Positions 1 to 8,700 of a DNA stretch of 42,664 bases are shown in pieces (position 1 is the first letter of the stretch; every line of letters begins with the position of its first letter). A program made the position numbers and the translations under genes. Origin of the DNA: a virus (lineage: Duplodnaviria > Heunggongvirae > Uroviricota > Caudoviricetes); the IMG/VR virus record IMGVR_UViG_3300028832_000111; one strand, written 5' to 3'. The notes below the pieces were generated by a model. That model did not search any database. It saw only the letters and a program-made list of their open reading frames with translations, and was not told the DNA's origin.

Positions 1-153
1 CCTCATCTTGCCTTTGATGACCATTTCCGGGTCAATCTGCTTCTGTGTGAAAGCCTCCTCCTGCGCTTGGCGCGAGCTCATGGAAGAGTAACGTGCTGTC
101 CTCTCCTCACTGCGCAGATGCGCATCTCTGTAAGAATAACTACCGCCACCCAT
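1..153 (-). CDS. 5' part of a probable vWA-domain protein (runs off the left window edge)
   Basis: Hand translation from ATG at 153: MGGGSYSYRDAHLRSEERTARYSSMSSRQAQEEAFTQKQIDPEMVIKGKMR, open to base 1. It starts 1 nt after the stop of 155..562. The MGGGSYS...F....I.P.M N-terminus resembles, from memory, phage/bacterial vWA-domain proteins; the vWA core would lie outside the window. Confidence 0.45.
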   Translation of the reverse strand, partial: MGGGSYSYRDAHLRSEERTARYSSMSSRQAQEEAFTQKQIDPEMVIKGKMR

Positions 154-154
154 A

Positions 155-562
155 TCACTCTGCTTTTACGTTAGACCTCCACTCGGAAGGCAGATACGGC
201 TTAACTTTCGCCAGGTCAGCATATTCACCGAACAGGGTCTCATAGTCATTGACCAGAATACCCAGACGGATTGAATGCTCGCGACGTGCGATGAGCGTTT
301 CAACACGGGTCTGCATCAGCTTGGTCGCATCAAACTGATTCGGGTTGATGCCCTGTCCGGCATTAGAAGGCAGGATGTCGAGGATGGCATCCTCCATGTC
401 ACGGTCACACTGACGAACCTTGGCGCACATGTCCTCAATCTGACGGCGGTACTTCAGTTCGGAGTCTTCAAGCATCGCGTCAATGCGCGAGTCCTTGATC
501 TGTTTGAATGTCTGTTTGAGGGTAGTTCCTAATATACCCTGCTGTTTCTTTGCTTCTTCCAT
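155..562 (-). CDS. hypothetical protein, 135 aa, coiled-coil-like
   Basis: ORF track; AT-rich 5' context; fits the co-directional minus-strand run. Confidence 0.75.
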   Translation of the reverse strand: MEEAKKQQGILGTTLKQTFKQIKDSRIDAMLEDSELKYRRQIEDMCAKVRQCDRDMEDAILDILPSNAGQGINPNQFDATKLMQTRVETLIARREHSIRLGILVNDYETLFGEYADLAKVKPYLPSEWRSNVKAE

Positions 563-581
563 GTTTCTATATATTTAGTTG

Positions 582-864
582 TTAATGATGTAGTCCTGCG
601 AACAATTTCGCGAGTCCCATGCATACGTGAAGTTTGATGAAATCGTCAATATCCTTCTTGGTGTTCACGATGATGAAATTCTCAACGATACGGTTAATCA
701 ACTCCTTCTGTCCAATCTCTTCAAGTCTGCGAGGAGTACACTGCGCGAGTACCATTGTAAGAGAGTCAATCTGAGCGGCGCTAATCTCAACTCCGTCAAG
801 CGATTTTACCCCCCCCTAAATCTGCGTTCTGAGGCTTCTGAGCCCGATTTTCTTGTTCTTCCAT
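582..864 (-). pseudogene. small gene frameshifted at a G8 homopolymer (93 aa if G7)
   Basis: ATG at 864 reads MEEQENRAQKPQNADLGGGKIA-stop. The +1 frame is open from the G run (plus-strand C8 at 809-816) to TAA at 582-584. Removing one G gives a 93-aa ORF that exactly fills the gap between its neighbours. Confidence 0.5.
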
Positions 865-902
865 TTCTGTAATTTTATGTTGTTAATAATGAATCTCTGC
901 TA

Positions 903-1361
903 TTAAACCTTCTCCATCATCTCATGGATCAAGGTGAGACAGTCAAATTTTATCTTGTCGGTATCCACTTCTTTATCCAGAGGTTCAGTCCTCTTATGAA
1001 GGAAGAAATGTGTCTCTCCAAAAGACAAATCCTTAATCAGTAAGAATCTGCCGGGTTTATGGAATGATACCTTCGGTTCAACATCCTGTTTCCACCATCC
1101 ATAGGTCATAAGTGCTTGTGACAGGGGGATATCATCGGCTACCGCCTGGAAGAGATACATCAATGACAAGAGCCTGTTTTCGCGTATCATCTGCTTGTCT
1201 ATGTCTTGTGCAATCAAATCCCCCATTCTCTTGGCTATCTCATCCTTGAGAGGGTCATGCTTGGCAAGTTCCTTCAACTCCTCGATACGGTGTTCCTCTT
1301 CCTCTATGTTTATGGCGGAGTCCTTTCGTGGGATACGCCCGAATGTATCTTTGTTATCCAT
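903..1361 (-). CDS. hypothetical protein, 152 aa
   Basis: ORF track; co-directional and tightly packed. Confidence 0.7.
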   Translation of the reverse strand: MDNKDTFGRIPRKDSAINIEEEEHRIEELKELAKHDPLKDEIAKRMGDLIAQDIDKQMIRENRLLSLMYLFQAVADDIPLSQALMTYGWWKQDVEPKVSFHKPGRFLLIKDLSFGETHFFLHKRTEPLDKEVDTDKIKFDCLTLIHEMMEKV

Positions 1362-1376
1362 ATTCCCCGATGCCTC

Positions 1377-2066
1377 TTACTTCTCTGTTCCTGGATTACC
1401 TGAGTTGATTTCAATGAGATGACTCATGGTGACATTTCTGATTTTATCACCCAGTTCCTTCTCCATCTCATCGTACCGTTGGGCGCACATCTTGATGATG
1501 TTCTTGACGATGGGATAGCGTATCATGGCGAACATGAGCTGTGCCGCGATGTTAGTCGGGTTTCCGCTCAGCGTGAAGTGATTACCTTCATCGCCTATGA
1601 AGAGGAAGGTAGCATCTGAACCCTGGAGTGAATCCAGTAGTTGCTGAACCTGATCATGCACACCCTTGATTCTCTCCTTCTCCTGCTCGGCTTCGGATTT
1701 GGGAAGATGCTCGTCTTCAAGTACGAGACCGCCATCCAAAACATGCTCCTGCATACCAGCACTGAGTTGCTGCAGCTGCTCGAAGGTGGGACGAATCCAG
1801 TTATGGACTTTGAAACCCATGACATTGGCTATTCTCTCTGGAATGGTGTCATCGTGAGTCATCGTTGCCTTACATTTCCTGCAGGTGAGGGAGAACGGTG
1901 TCACTCCTTTATCCTTGTAGCGGGTGTAGAAGCGCTCACCGCATTTCTTGCAGATATACACATCCACACCTTTGTTCCTTCCGTCGTACATCTGAGCTCG
2001 CTCTATCCCAGAGACCAGCTTGTCGTACCGTTTCTTAAGTTCTGTCTTATCCATACGTTTTACCAA
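1377..2066 (-). CDS. hypothetical protein with N-terminal Zn ribbon, 229 aa
   Basis: CxxC pairs YICKKCG ... CRKC in the N-terminal third. Confidence 0.7.
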   Translation of the reverse strand: MVKRMDKTELKKRYDKLVSGIERAQMYDGRNKGVDVYICKKCGERFYTRYKDKGVTPFSLTCRKCKATMTHDDTIPERIANVMGFKVHNWIRPTFEQLQQLSAGMQEHVLDGGLVLEDEHLPKSEAEQEKERIKGVHDQVQQLLDSLQGSDATFLFIGDEGNHFTLSGNPTNIAAQLMFAMIRYPIVKNIIKMCAQRYDEMEKELGDKIRNVTMSHLIEINSGNPGTEK

Positions 2067-2073
2067 TTTGTTG

Positions 2074-2325
2074 TTATTCCTTGCCTATCTGACTCTCTAT
2101 GTTCTTTCCGCATGACTCGCAGAAGATTCGATTCTTTCCTCTGTTCATAATCCCCAGGTATATTGTTTCCTCATCCTTAAGATGGTGATTGCAGTTGAAA
2201 CAGACCTTGGGCGTATTCCTCATGTTCTTTCTGGCGTTCACGAAGAAGGAGTATTTCATAAAAGCCGCTATAAACCGGACCTCAAAATACTGCTTCGGCT
2301 GCTCTTTGATGATTGTAAAACCCAT
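2074..2325 (-). CDS. small Zn-finger protein, 83 aa
   Basis: CFNC ... FCESC motifs. Confidence 0.7.
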   Translation of the reverse strand: MGFTIIKEQPKQYFEVRFIAAFMKYSFFVNARKNMRNTPKVCFNCNHHLKDEETIYLGIMNRGKNRIFCESCGKNIESQIGKE

Positions 2326-2328
2326 AGC

Positions 2329-2505
2329 TCACGCTTCTTCAAGGCTGTCTATATCCACACAGCCGGTAATGATGTCTATAAAGCAGCAGTCTGTGCCGCA
2401 GATATTCCTCACTTCATCGCTTATGATGACCGCAGGCTTACCTTCTGCGCCAACATACGAGTGATAAATCACCCTTTTGCCTTTTGCAACGTCTTTCGCT
2501 TTCAT
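2329..2505 (-). CDS. small hypothetical protein, 58 aa (below the ORF-track cutoff)
   Basis: Hand translation MKAKDVAKGKRVIYHSYVGAEGKPAVIISDEVRNICGTDCCFIDIITGCVDIDSLEEA; fills the gap between 2074..2325 and 2511..2828. Confidence 0.55.
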   Translation of the reverse strand: MKAKDVAKGKRVIYHSYVGAEGKPAVIISDEVRNICGTDCCFIDIITGCVDIDSLEEA

Positions 2506-2510
2506 AATGG

Positions 2511-2828
2511 TTATTTATTTGTTATTGTTATCTGTGTCTCAATCTTAAGGCGCACCTCACGCGGTGAGAGGTTATAGACATGCGGGAACTTGCGGCACAG
2601 CCTCTTCTGATGCTGAACATGATCCAACGTCCAGACCTTGACACAGGTGGAGGGAATATGGCCTGTCTTCGCCTCCGGATGAGTGAAGCGTCCTAAGAGG
2701 GCGTGACCGATAACCTCCAATACCTCCTTCTCGGTAGCCTCCACCACCTCCAGCTTCTGCGTGTCCTTGCCGCGCTCACAGATGATGAGGTAGGATTTGT
2801 CGAATGTCGGACGGATAATCATGGTCAC
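2511..2828 (-). CDS. hypothetical protein, 105 aa
   Basis: ORF track; 4-nt overlap with the upstream gene suggests translational coupling. Confidence 0.65.
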   Translation of the reverse strand: MTMIIRPTFDKSYLIICERGKDTQKLEVVEATEKEVLEVIGHALLGRFTHPEAKTGHIPSTCVKVWTLDHVQHQKRLCRKFPHVYNLSPREVRLKIETQITITNK

Positions 2829-3160
2829 TTCCTTTTGATATTACCACTCATGGAAGACACGCTGCCTTTGACGTCACCGCAGTCTATGCTGCCGCTCATC
2901 GTCTTGACGTCACCAATCACGTCACCATGTATGTCAACGTTACCGCTCATGGTCTTAATGGAGTGTACGTTGCCGGTGACAGCGATAGAGCGGCATCCGT
3001 CAATATCAATCATCTCCACCTCACCGTTTATGGTGATGTTGATTTCTTTCTGCTCAATGGTGTCCAGGTCTTCGATGCGCTTGCCGTTTACAAGCACCTT
3101 TCCGTTGATAATGGAAACCGACCCGTCGATGTCATACTTCTTTCCGTTTATTACCACCAT
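2825..3160 (-). CDS. beta-repeat protein (DUF4097/putative-adhesin-like repeats)
   Basis: Repeats SIKTMSGNV / DVKTMSGSI / SVSSMSGNI. ATG at 3160 preferred over the TTG at 3175. Confidence 0.65.
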   Translation of the reverse strand: MVVINGKKYDIDGSVSIINGKVLVNGKRIEDLDTIEQKEINITINGEVEMIDIDGCRSIAVTGNVHSIKTMSGNVDIHGDVIGDVKTMSGSIDCGDVKGSVSSMSGNIKRK

Positions 3161-3174
3161 AACTCTCAAAAGCA

Positions 3175-3290
3175 AAGGGCAGAGGAATCGGTCTCTTTGG
3201 TGTGGTGTTCAGAGACGTCATCCAGTGCCCTTGTAATTTGTTCGCATTCTCGCAGGAACACCACTAACTGCGTGCTTTCGCCGACAAAGA
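3175..3290. ncRNA. candidate structured RNA: two hairpins with complementary loops
   Basis: Stem 3191-3196/3211-3216 (outer stem 3175-3181/3226-3232) and stem 3251-3255/3268-3272. The loops contain GTGGTGTTC (3202-3210) and GAACACCAC (3256-3264), which are perfectly complementary. Folded by eye only. Confidence 0.3.
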
Positions 3291-3316
3291 AAAGACGGAA
3301 AAACAGGGTTTGCAAA
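3285..3316 (-). promoter_or_regulatory. candidate Bacteroidetes sigma-A promoter for the accessory gene run
   Basis: Minus strand TTTG (3313-3316), 20-nt spacer, then TTTCTTTG (3285-3292; one mismatch to TAnnTTTG). Confidence 0.35.
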
Positions 3317-3348
3317 TGCGTGTGTTAAAGGGAGTTAGGATGCTGGGC

Positions 3349-3393
3349 TTGCAATCTTTTGCAACTTTTGCAAACATTTGCAAGGTTTTGCAA
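3349..3393. repeat. five palindromic TTGCAA hexamers at ~10-bp period
   Basis: TTGCAA at 3349, 3359, 3368, 3378 and 3388; a sixth copy (TTTGCAAA) at 3309-3316. Confidence 0.85.
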
Positions 3394-3448
3394 GGCTGTA
3401 AACGAACATTAACTTATGATGCATGATTATTAGGTTTTATAATGTATT

Positions 3449-3484
3449 GAAAGGGGGCACAGCCGACCATGACCGCACCCCCTT
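3449..3484 (-). terminator. intrinsic terminator at the end of the tail/holin operon
   Basis: Minus-strand 14-bp stem AAGGGGGTGCGGTC/GGCTGTGCCCCCTT with four G-U pairs that form only on the minus strand; the stem ends in a short U run; 33 nt past the stop at 3517. Confidence 0.6.
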
Positions 3485-3516
3485 CCCGCGAAAGAAGAAA
3501 GAAACAGAAGATATGC

Positions 3517-4029
3517 CTATTCGTTGTCTTTTTCCTTGCCGAGCTCCTTACGTGCAAGCTCCAGAAGATTCTTCGCGATAACCTTGATATCACCAATCTT
3601 GTCGGTGCCGTTCTGCAGATTCGTACATATAGACTCCACAGCCTTCATAAAGTCACCGTCCTGTGATGGCTCAATCTTGTTGTACCACTTCTCGCCGTTG
3701 ATCCAAGAGAAAATCCAGTCGTATATTTTCTTGACCACGGTTGCGTCATAGGCTTTGGTAGATACCGCACCCACGATGACACCCTCAATCAGCACCCAGA
3801 GCCAGTCGGGTTGGCTCACAACCGGCATATAGCCGATGAACCAGGCTGCATAGGTGAGTGCGATGGGTATTATCCAGGCGATAGCCAGGTTGACCCATTT
3901 GTTACTTGTGTTGATAACTCTCTTGATGGCTTCTGTGGCCATCGTTGCAATGGCTGCTATCGCCATTGTCAGTGTAATAAACATTGCTTCCATAATAATA
4001 TTGAAGTTAAAAAGGTTGTTATTATTCAA
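3517..4029 (-). CDS. membrane protein, probable holin
   Basis: About three hydrophobic segments followed by a charged C-terminal tail; last gene of the tail operon. True start may be 3993 (MEAMF). No endolysin is visible in the window. Confidence 0.55.
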   Translation of the reverse strand: MNNNNLFNFNIIMEAMFITLTMAIAAIATMATEAIKRVINTSNKWVNLAIAWIIPIALTYAAWFIGYMPVVSQPDWLWVLIEGVIVGAVSTKAYDATVVKKIYDWIFSWINGEKWYNKIEPSQDGDFMKAVESICTNLQNGTDKIGDIKVIAKNLLELARKELGKEKDNE

Positions 4030-7000
4030 ACCTGCTGATAGTTCGAGCAGTATATTTCATATCATTGTTGTTATAAGTATCTGTTCTGTCGGGGTCATAT
4101 ACCAAAAGAACTTCTACAGAATCACAGGGGTCCATCTCAACAGCATCGCCGCTTAAAATACCATCTTGATCAAACCAAAGAGGGTAATCATTGGATTTAA
4201 TAGCAGTAATAACTGTACTTCGTCCGTATAGTTTCCACTTGTAGGGAGAAAGAGGGTCGGTTTGAATAAAAAGACGAAGGCAGAATGGCTTATCTGTACC
4301 TATGAACAGTTTATCTGCAATGTCTTGACGAGTAGGCAATACTGCACTACAGCCATTAACGGTTGCTGTAACGAAAAGTCTGTTGGCTTTGCGTAGATGT
4401 GTATGCAACTGCATATACATGGAAGTAGAGGTTATCTGGACCTTGGAATAAGCGTATCCATCAATCAAACCGTTCAATACACCATGTCCAGAACCGACAA
4501 AGGCAAAATTTCGAGGTGCATTTTCTGCGCGTAGCCAGAAACATATATTTGTATCGGCATTATAACCTTGCTCCAACGAATAAATCTTACCCATGTATTT
4601 AAAACCGGAGAGATAATCTAATGAGTCCGGTCTCATACCAATACGAATATATTTCTTCGTATTGGATACACTGTCCAATAAGACTAATGATGCATCTGGA
4701 TAGTTGACATTATTACCTTGGTAGTTTTTGATTACGCCATCTTCTATGTACACACATTCACCCACCTCGCAAGCATCAGAGAACATCTTGCCTTCCATGT
4801 TCACCTTGAATTTTTGCCTTGATACGGGGCCAACTCGCAACGGGTAATCAGTATCAGGATCCATTAAAAGACCCTTGGTGTTATTTTCGTCTAATATCTT
4901 GGCTCTTCTGGCTGTGATTCTTTCTGTGTAGATATCCTCAGCAAACATGGCATCGGTAATGAACCACTTAAGACGCTGTGACTGTTCCCAGTGCTCAGCA
5001 TCATCACGCGGCTGCGGCAGCGGGTTCTGTGCAGTACCCTTCAGTCCCTCGTAGTTGGTCTTCTTCTTAAGCCTGTACCAACGCATGTCAGTACCCTCAG
5101 AGAGTGAGTTCGCCAGCACACAGTCACGCACACCGTCATAATAGAAGTATGTACCCTGCGGGTCAAACGTACCGGCTGGCTGCAGTGTGAACTCCATCGG
5201 CTCGTCCTTCTCGTTCGGGACCCAAGGAGAAGGTATGCTGCATTGCTCCAGCTTGGGCTGACATATCTCCAGCCAGGTGGCGAACTGACGTATCAGGAAC
5301 TGCTTGTATTCATTGGCGTTGAAACTGTCCGCCATCAGGAACGAAGCGGAGTGGAACACCCAACCCTGTGAGTCCTCCTTACCTTCCTCCATGTCCCTGT
5401 CGGGGTAGAACACGACATCACAGTTGGCAGGCGGGTTGGTACGTACCTTTCCGTCCACGTAGAACTTGACGTTAGAACCGGTCTTCGCCATACCGGGATA
5501 GAGATGAGCGGAGAAGTAAGAGTCATAACCGTTAAGTCCTCCACGCGGGTTGGGGAATCCCGTTACCGCGAGAATCCTGTACCAGTTGAGTGTGACGTTC
5601 TGAGTGACCTCAGCCCATGTGCCACCGTTATAAGCATACGGATAGACAAAGTAATATCCTTCCTGCGCAGCTGAGATGGTAATCAGGCTATTATCTTCTG
5701 CTGATGAAATCTTGGTGGTGTCCTTCAGTTCCGTAATCTCCGGTGCCATGAACGCGGACTGCCAGCTCAAATCGACGCTCACGAAATAGAGTCTCAGCGA
5801 CACACCCGCATTGGAGGCTTCCTGCGAGATTCGTCCATTTATCTGCACGCGGTACTTGCCTTGTGTCAACCATATCTTCTCCATGTTGAAGCCGTTGATA
5901 TTGAAGGTCTTGTTGACATACTTACGGGTGCGTGCATAGAAAGAGAAGGTGTACCACTTGCCGGGTTCAATCTTCTGAATACCCTGCGGCTTACATACGA
6001 CCTGCATCATCATGTTACGGTACTCCTGACTGTTGTTTGTGTTAATCACAGGCCAGTTGCCCCATGAGTTGGCGTCACCACGCGCTTCCGGAACCATGTG
6101 ACCGACGGTATGATTCAAGTCAAACGGGTCCTTTAGGTTATCGGATACGAACGGCGTCTGCTCAAGGAGGTTCGGACAAGTACCCGCACCTTTCTGTGAC
6201 AGCGAGAGGGTCTTGCTGATGGTAGGATTACCCGACGCATCCGACTTGTAAACGTCACACTTCCAGAGGAACGGCATATCCTGTGTAGTGGCAGTGGGAC
6301 AGCCTGCGGTATCCTGCTTATACCATCCGTTGGCGGTGGTCAGCTCTTCATACGACGGCTCTTCCATCGTAGCCGTGAGCTTGAAGTAACTCTCTACCAC
6401 CTCCACGGAATCACCCTGCGGACCTGGTACATTGCTGTTAGAGCCGTTATGTACCTTGCTGATAGGTATGTTCTCGAAATCCTCAACAGTATAGGTGCTG
6501 GCATTATCCTTGTTGTAAACCATGTTTGCCTTGACCTTACGCAACTCTATACGTATGGTGTCGTTGGCAAGTGCTATGGCTTGGGTGATATTGAAGGAGC
6601 TACCTTGATGTGCCTCACTTGAATAGATGGCAGCGCAGTAGATGCCGGATGTGGCGGAGTTGAGAGATACCGTTTCCGACACACCGTTCGCCTTAAGCCT
6701 GGTGGCGGTGACGGTGATGGTCTGCGTGGACATCGTGCTGCTGGTGTTCAACGTGATGGCATTGGGAGAGACCACCATGCTGTATTTATCCTGACCGATA
6801 AGACGTTTGATAGTCAGGATAGCCTGATAGACCTTACCGTTATAGGTCGCCTTGACCGTATATTTGCCGGAATCTGCTGTGACACCACGGATGGTGACAA
6901 CACCATTGAAAATACTACCGTTCACACTGCTCGCTACGCCTTCCCATGATGTAACCTCACTGGTCTTATCTTCACCACCTACATACAGCTTGGCGTTGGA

Positions 7001-8686
7001 TGTGACATTACCCGACAGGAGATTTCCCTTCTGGTCATAGAGCATGGTGTCATTCTCATTGTCCAGATCCAGGATGACAGCATTATCACCCTTGGCGCCA
7101 TCCTTCACCTTCGGTATGGATACCGTCTCGAAATCCTCCTGCTCTGCAGTACCGCTGACGGTGCGGAACAGAACGATAGCGAAGTCACCCCATGCCGCCG
7201 CCTGCTGTTTGGTTATCTCCACAGTACCGACATTGGTGGAGTTGTTGAACGTGACATCGATAGCACCCGAGTTGATGCCGTTCGGCCATATCTTGGCTGA
7301 CAGGTTCAGTGCCGAGATGGAGTCATTGTCATCACCGACCCTCTTACGTACTCCAGTCTTACCGTCGGTGCGATAGACATTGACGGTGAGACTTGACGGT
7401 GTGAGGTCAGTCGTATCGGTGTTATAGGTCATAGCCTGATGGCTCAGCACCAGCTCGTACTTGTCACGGTTCGTCACACGTTTGATGGTGAGTATCGCAT
7501 AGTAATACTGCGGGTTGACAGCGGGGTAAGCCGCCTTGACCTTGATGGTGGCTTTCTGAGCACCGGAATCAAGACCGGGGACAGTAACAACACCACTGGA
7601 GTCGATAGTGGCGTTAGCTGCTCCTGTCTTGGAATCCAGACTCCATGTGATGGGGTTGTTAGCCAATGCAGCACCGTTGCTGTACAGACGAGCCTGTGAC
7701 GTTACAGAGCCAGACATGAGATCACCCTTGCCGTTGTATATCATCGTATCATTCTCATTGTCAAGGTCGGCAAAGATGGCACCCTTACCGGCTACAGCGC
7801 AAATATGATACGACACTTTCTCGTCACCATCATTATAGGTGGTGACGGTTTTATTCCACATATAAGGCTTCTCGCTCGTCGGTGCTACCTGATGCGCTTC
7901 ATCTGTCCAGTCGTTATCAGATATACCTGCTGGCTTTTCCGTAGAGGGGTCTATGGTACTGTAAGCGCTTGTAGCATAAGTCTGAACGATACTCGCGATA
8001 CCTTTGGCAAAGTTTCCTATACATATCGCATTGGTCACATAGGCGTTGCCTCGTGAGTCATAACTAATCTCGAAGTTCCACAGGTAAGGCTCATCCTCAT
8101 CAAGATCCGGTCTGCTCTGACCCCACGTTGTAGTCGGAAGGTTGCCTGGCGTATAAGTTCCTGCAGTAATGGCGCCTTGTGGACAAACAGTATCACTCGA
8201 CCCTTTCTCATAATGTTCCTCGCAACCCAGGTAATATGCACCGACACCAACCTGTGATACAGAGTAAGAGTCGGATGTGGTTGCGGGTGTGCCGCTGTAC
8301 ACAATATGTGTCTTGGTGTACAGCCATTTCCCTTCCTCCAGTTGGCTGGGGAACGGTCCCCAGTTGCTGATTGTAGCGGGGTCAACAGGTGTGGACTGCT
8401 GGCTGTATGTGATAACACTTTCCTGTATTCCCTTGCCGTCAATACCCATACGAGCCACAGAGTAGGAATCTGTCTGCGTGCTGTCTGAATACTCTATATG
8501 CGTCCAAGTCCACAGAAAATTACCATTAGTCACTTGCGGAACAGTCGTTCCCCATCCTGACGTCGGACGTACTGTGCCTGATGTACTCTCGGCGTACTTG
8601 ATAGACGTGGTACGGATAGTGACACCCGTACCGTTACGTCCATCCTGAGCGGCCCAACGTACCGTGAAACCTCCCTTTACAATCAT
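4022..8686 (-). CDS. large modular tail fibre / receptor-binding protein, 1554 aa
   Basis: N-terminal Y..S...P..W..P....LW repeats, a 233-aa tandem duplication (DLDNENDTM x2), a CBM-like PNLL...PKLE..PSPW domain and a distinct C-terminal module; located at the end of the tail genes. Confidence 0.8.
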   Translation of the reverse strand: MIVKGGFTVRWAAQDGRNGTGVTIRTTSIKYAESTSGTVRPTSGWGTTVPQVTNGNFLWTWTHIEYSDSTQTDSYSVARMGIDGKGIQESVITYSQQSTPVDPATISNWGPFPSQLEEGKWLYTKTHIVYSGTPATTSDSYSVSQVGVGAYYLGCEEHYEKGSSDTVCPQGAITAGTYTPGNLPTTTWGQSRPDLDEDEPYLWNFEISYDSRGNAYVTNAICIGNFAKGIASIVQTYATSAYSTIDPSTEKPAGISDNDWTDEAHQVAPTSEKPYMWNKTVTTYNDGDEKVSYHICAVAGKGAIFADLDNENDTMIYNGKGDLMSGSVTSQARLYSNGAALANNPITWSLDSKTGAANATIDSSGVVTVPGLDSGAQKATIKVKAAYPAVNPQYYYAILTIKRVTNRDKYELVLSHQAMTYNTDTTDLTPSSLTVNVYRTDGKTGVRKRVGDDNDSISALNLSAKIWPNGINSGAIDVTFNNSTNVGTVEITKQQAAAWGDFAIVLFRTVSGTAEQEDFETVSIPKVKDGAKGDNAVILDLDNENDTMLYDQKGNLLSGNVTSNAKLYVGGEDKTSEVTSWEGVASSVNGSIFNGVVTIRGVTADSGKYTVKATYNGKVYQAILTIKRLIGQDKYSMVVSPNAITLNTSSTMSTQTITVTATRLKANGVSETVSLNSATSGIYCAAIYSSEAHQGSSFNITQAIALANDTIRIELRKVKANMVYNKDNASTYTVEDFENIPISKVHNGSNSNVPGPQGDSVEVVESYFKLTATMEEPSYEELTTANGWYKQDTAGCPTATTQDMPFLWKCDVYKSDASGNPTISKTLSLSQKGAGTCPNLLEQTPFVSDNLKDPFDLNHTVGHMVPEARGDANSWGNWPVINTNNSQEYRNMMMQVVCKPQGIQKIEPGKWYTFSFYARTRKYVNKTFNINGFNMEKIWLTQGKYRVQINGRISQEASNAGVSLRLYFVSVDLSWQSAFMAPEITELKDTTKISSAEDNSLITISAAQEGYYFVYPYAYNGGTWAEVTQNVTLNWYRILAVTGFPNPRGGLNGYDSYFSAHLYPGMAKTGSNVKFYVDGKVRTNPPANCDVVFYPDRDMEEGKEDSQGWVFHSASFLMADSFNANEYKQFLIRQFATWLEICQPKLEQCSIPSPWVPNEKDEPMEFTLQPAGTFDPQGTYFYYDGVRDCVLANSLSEGTDMRWYRLKKKTNYEGLKGTAQNPLPQPRDDAEHWEQSQRLKWFITDAMFAEDIYTERITARRAKILDENNTKGLLMDPDTDYPLRVGPVSRQKFKVNMEGKMFSDACEVGECVYIEDGVIKNYQGNNVNYPDASLVLLDSVSNTKKYIRIGMRPDSLDYLSGFKYMGKIYSLEQGYNADTNICFWLRAENAPRNFAFVGSGHGVLNGLIDGYAYSKVQITSTSMYMQLHTHLRKANRLFVTATVNGCSAVLPTRQDIADKLFIGTDKPFCLRLFIQTDPLSPYKWKLYGRSTVITAIKSNDYPLWFDQDGILSGDAVEMDPCDSVEVLLVYDPDRTDTYNNNDMKYTARTISRFE

Positions 8687-8700
8687 AACCGGATAAAGAT

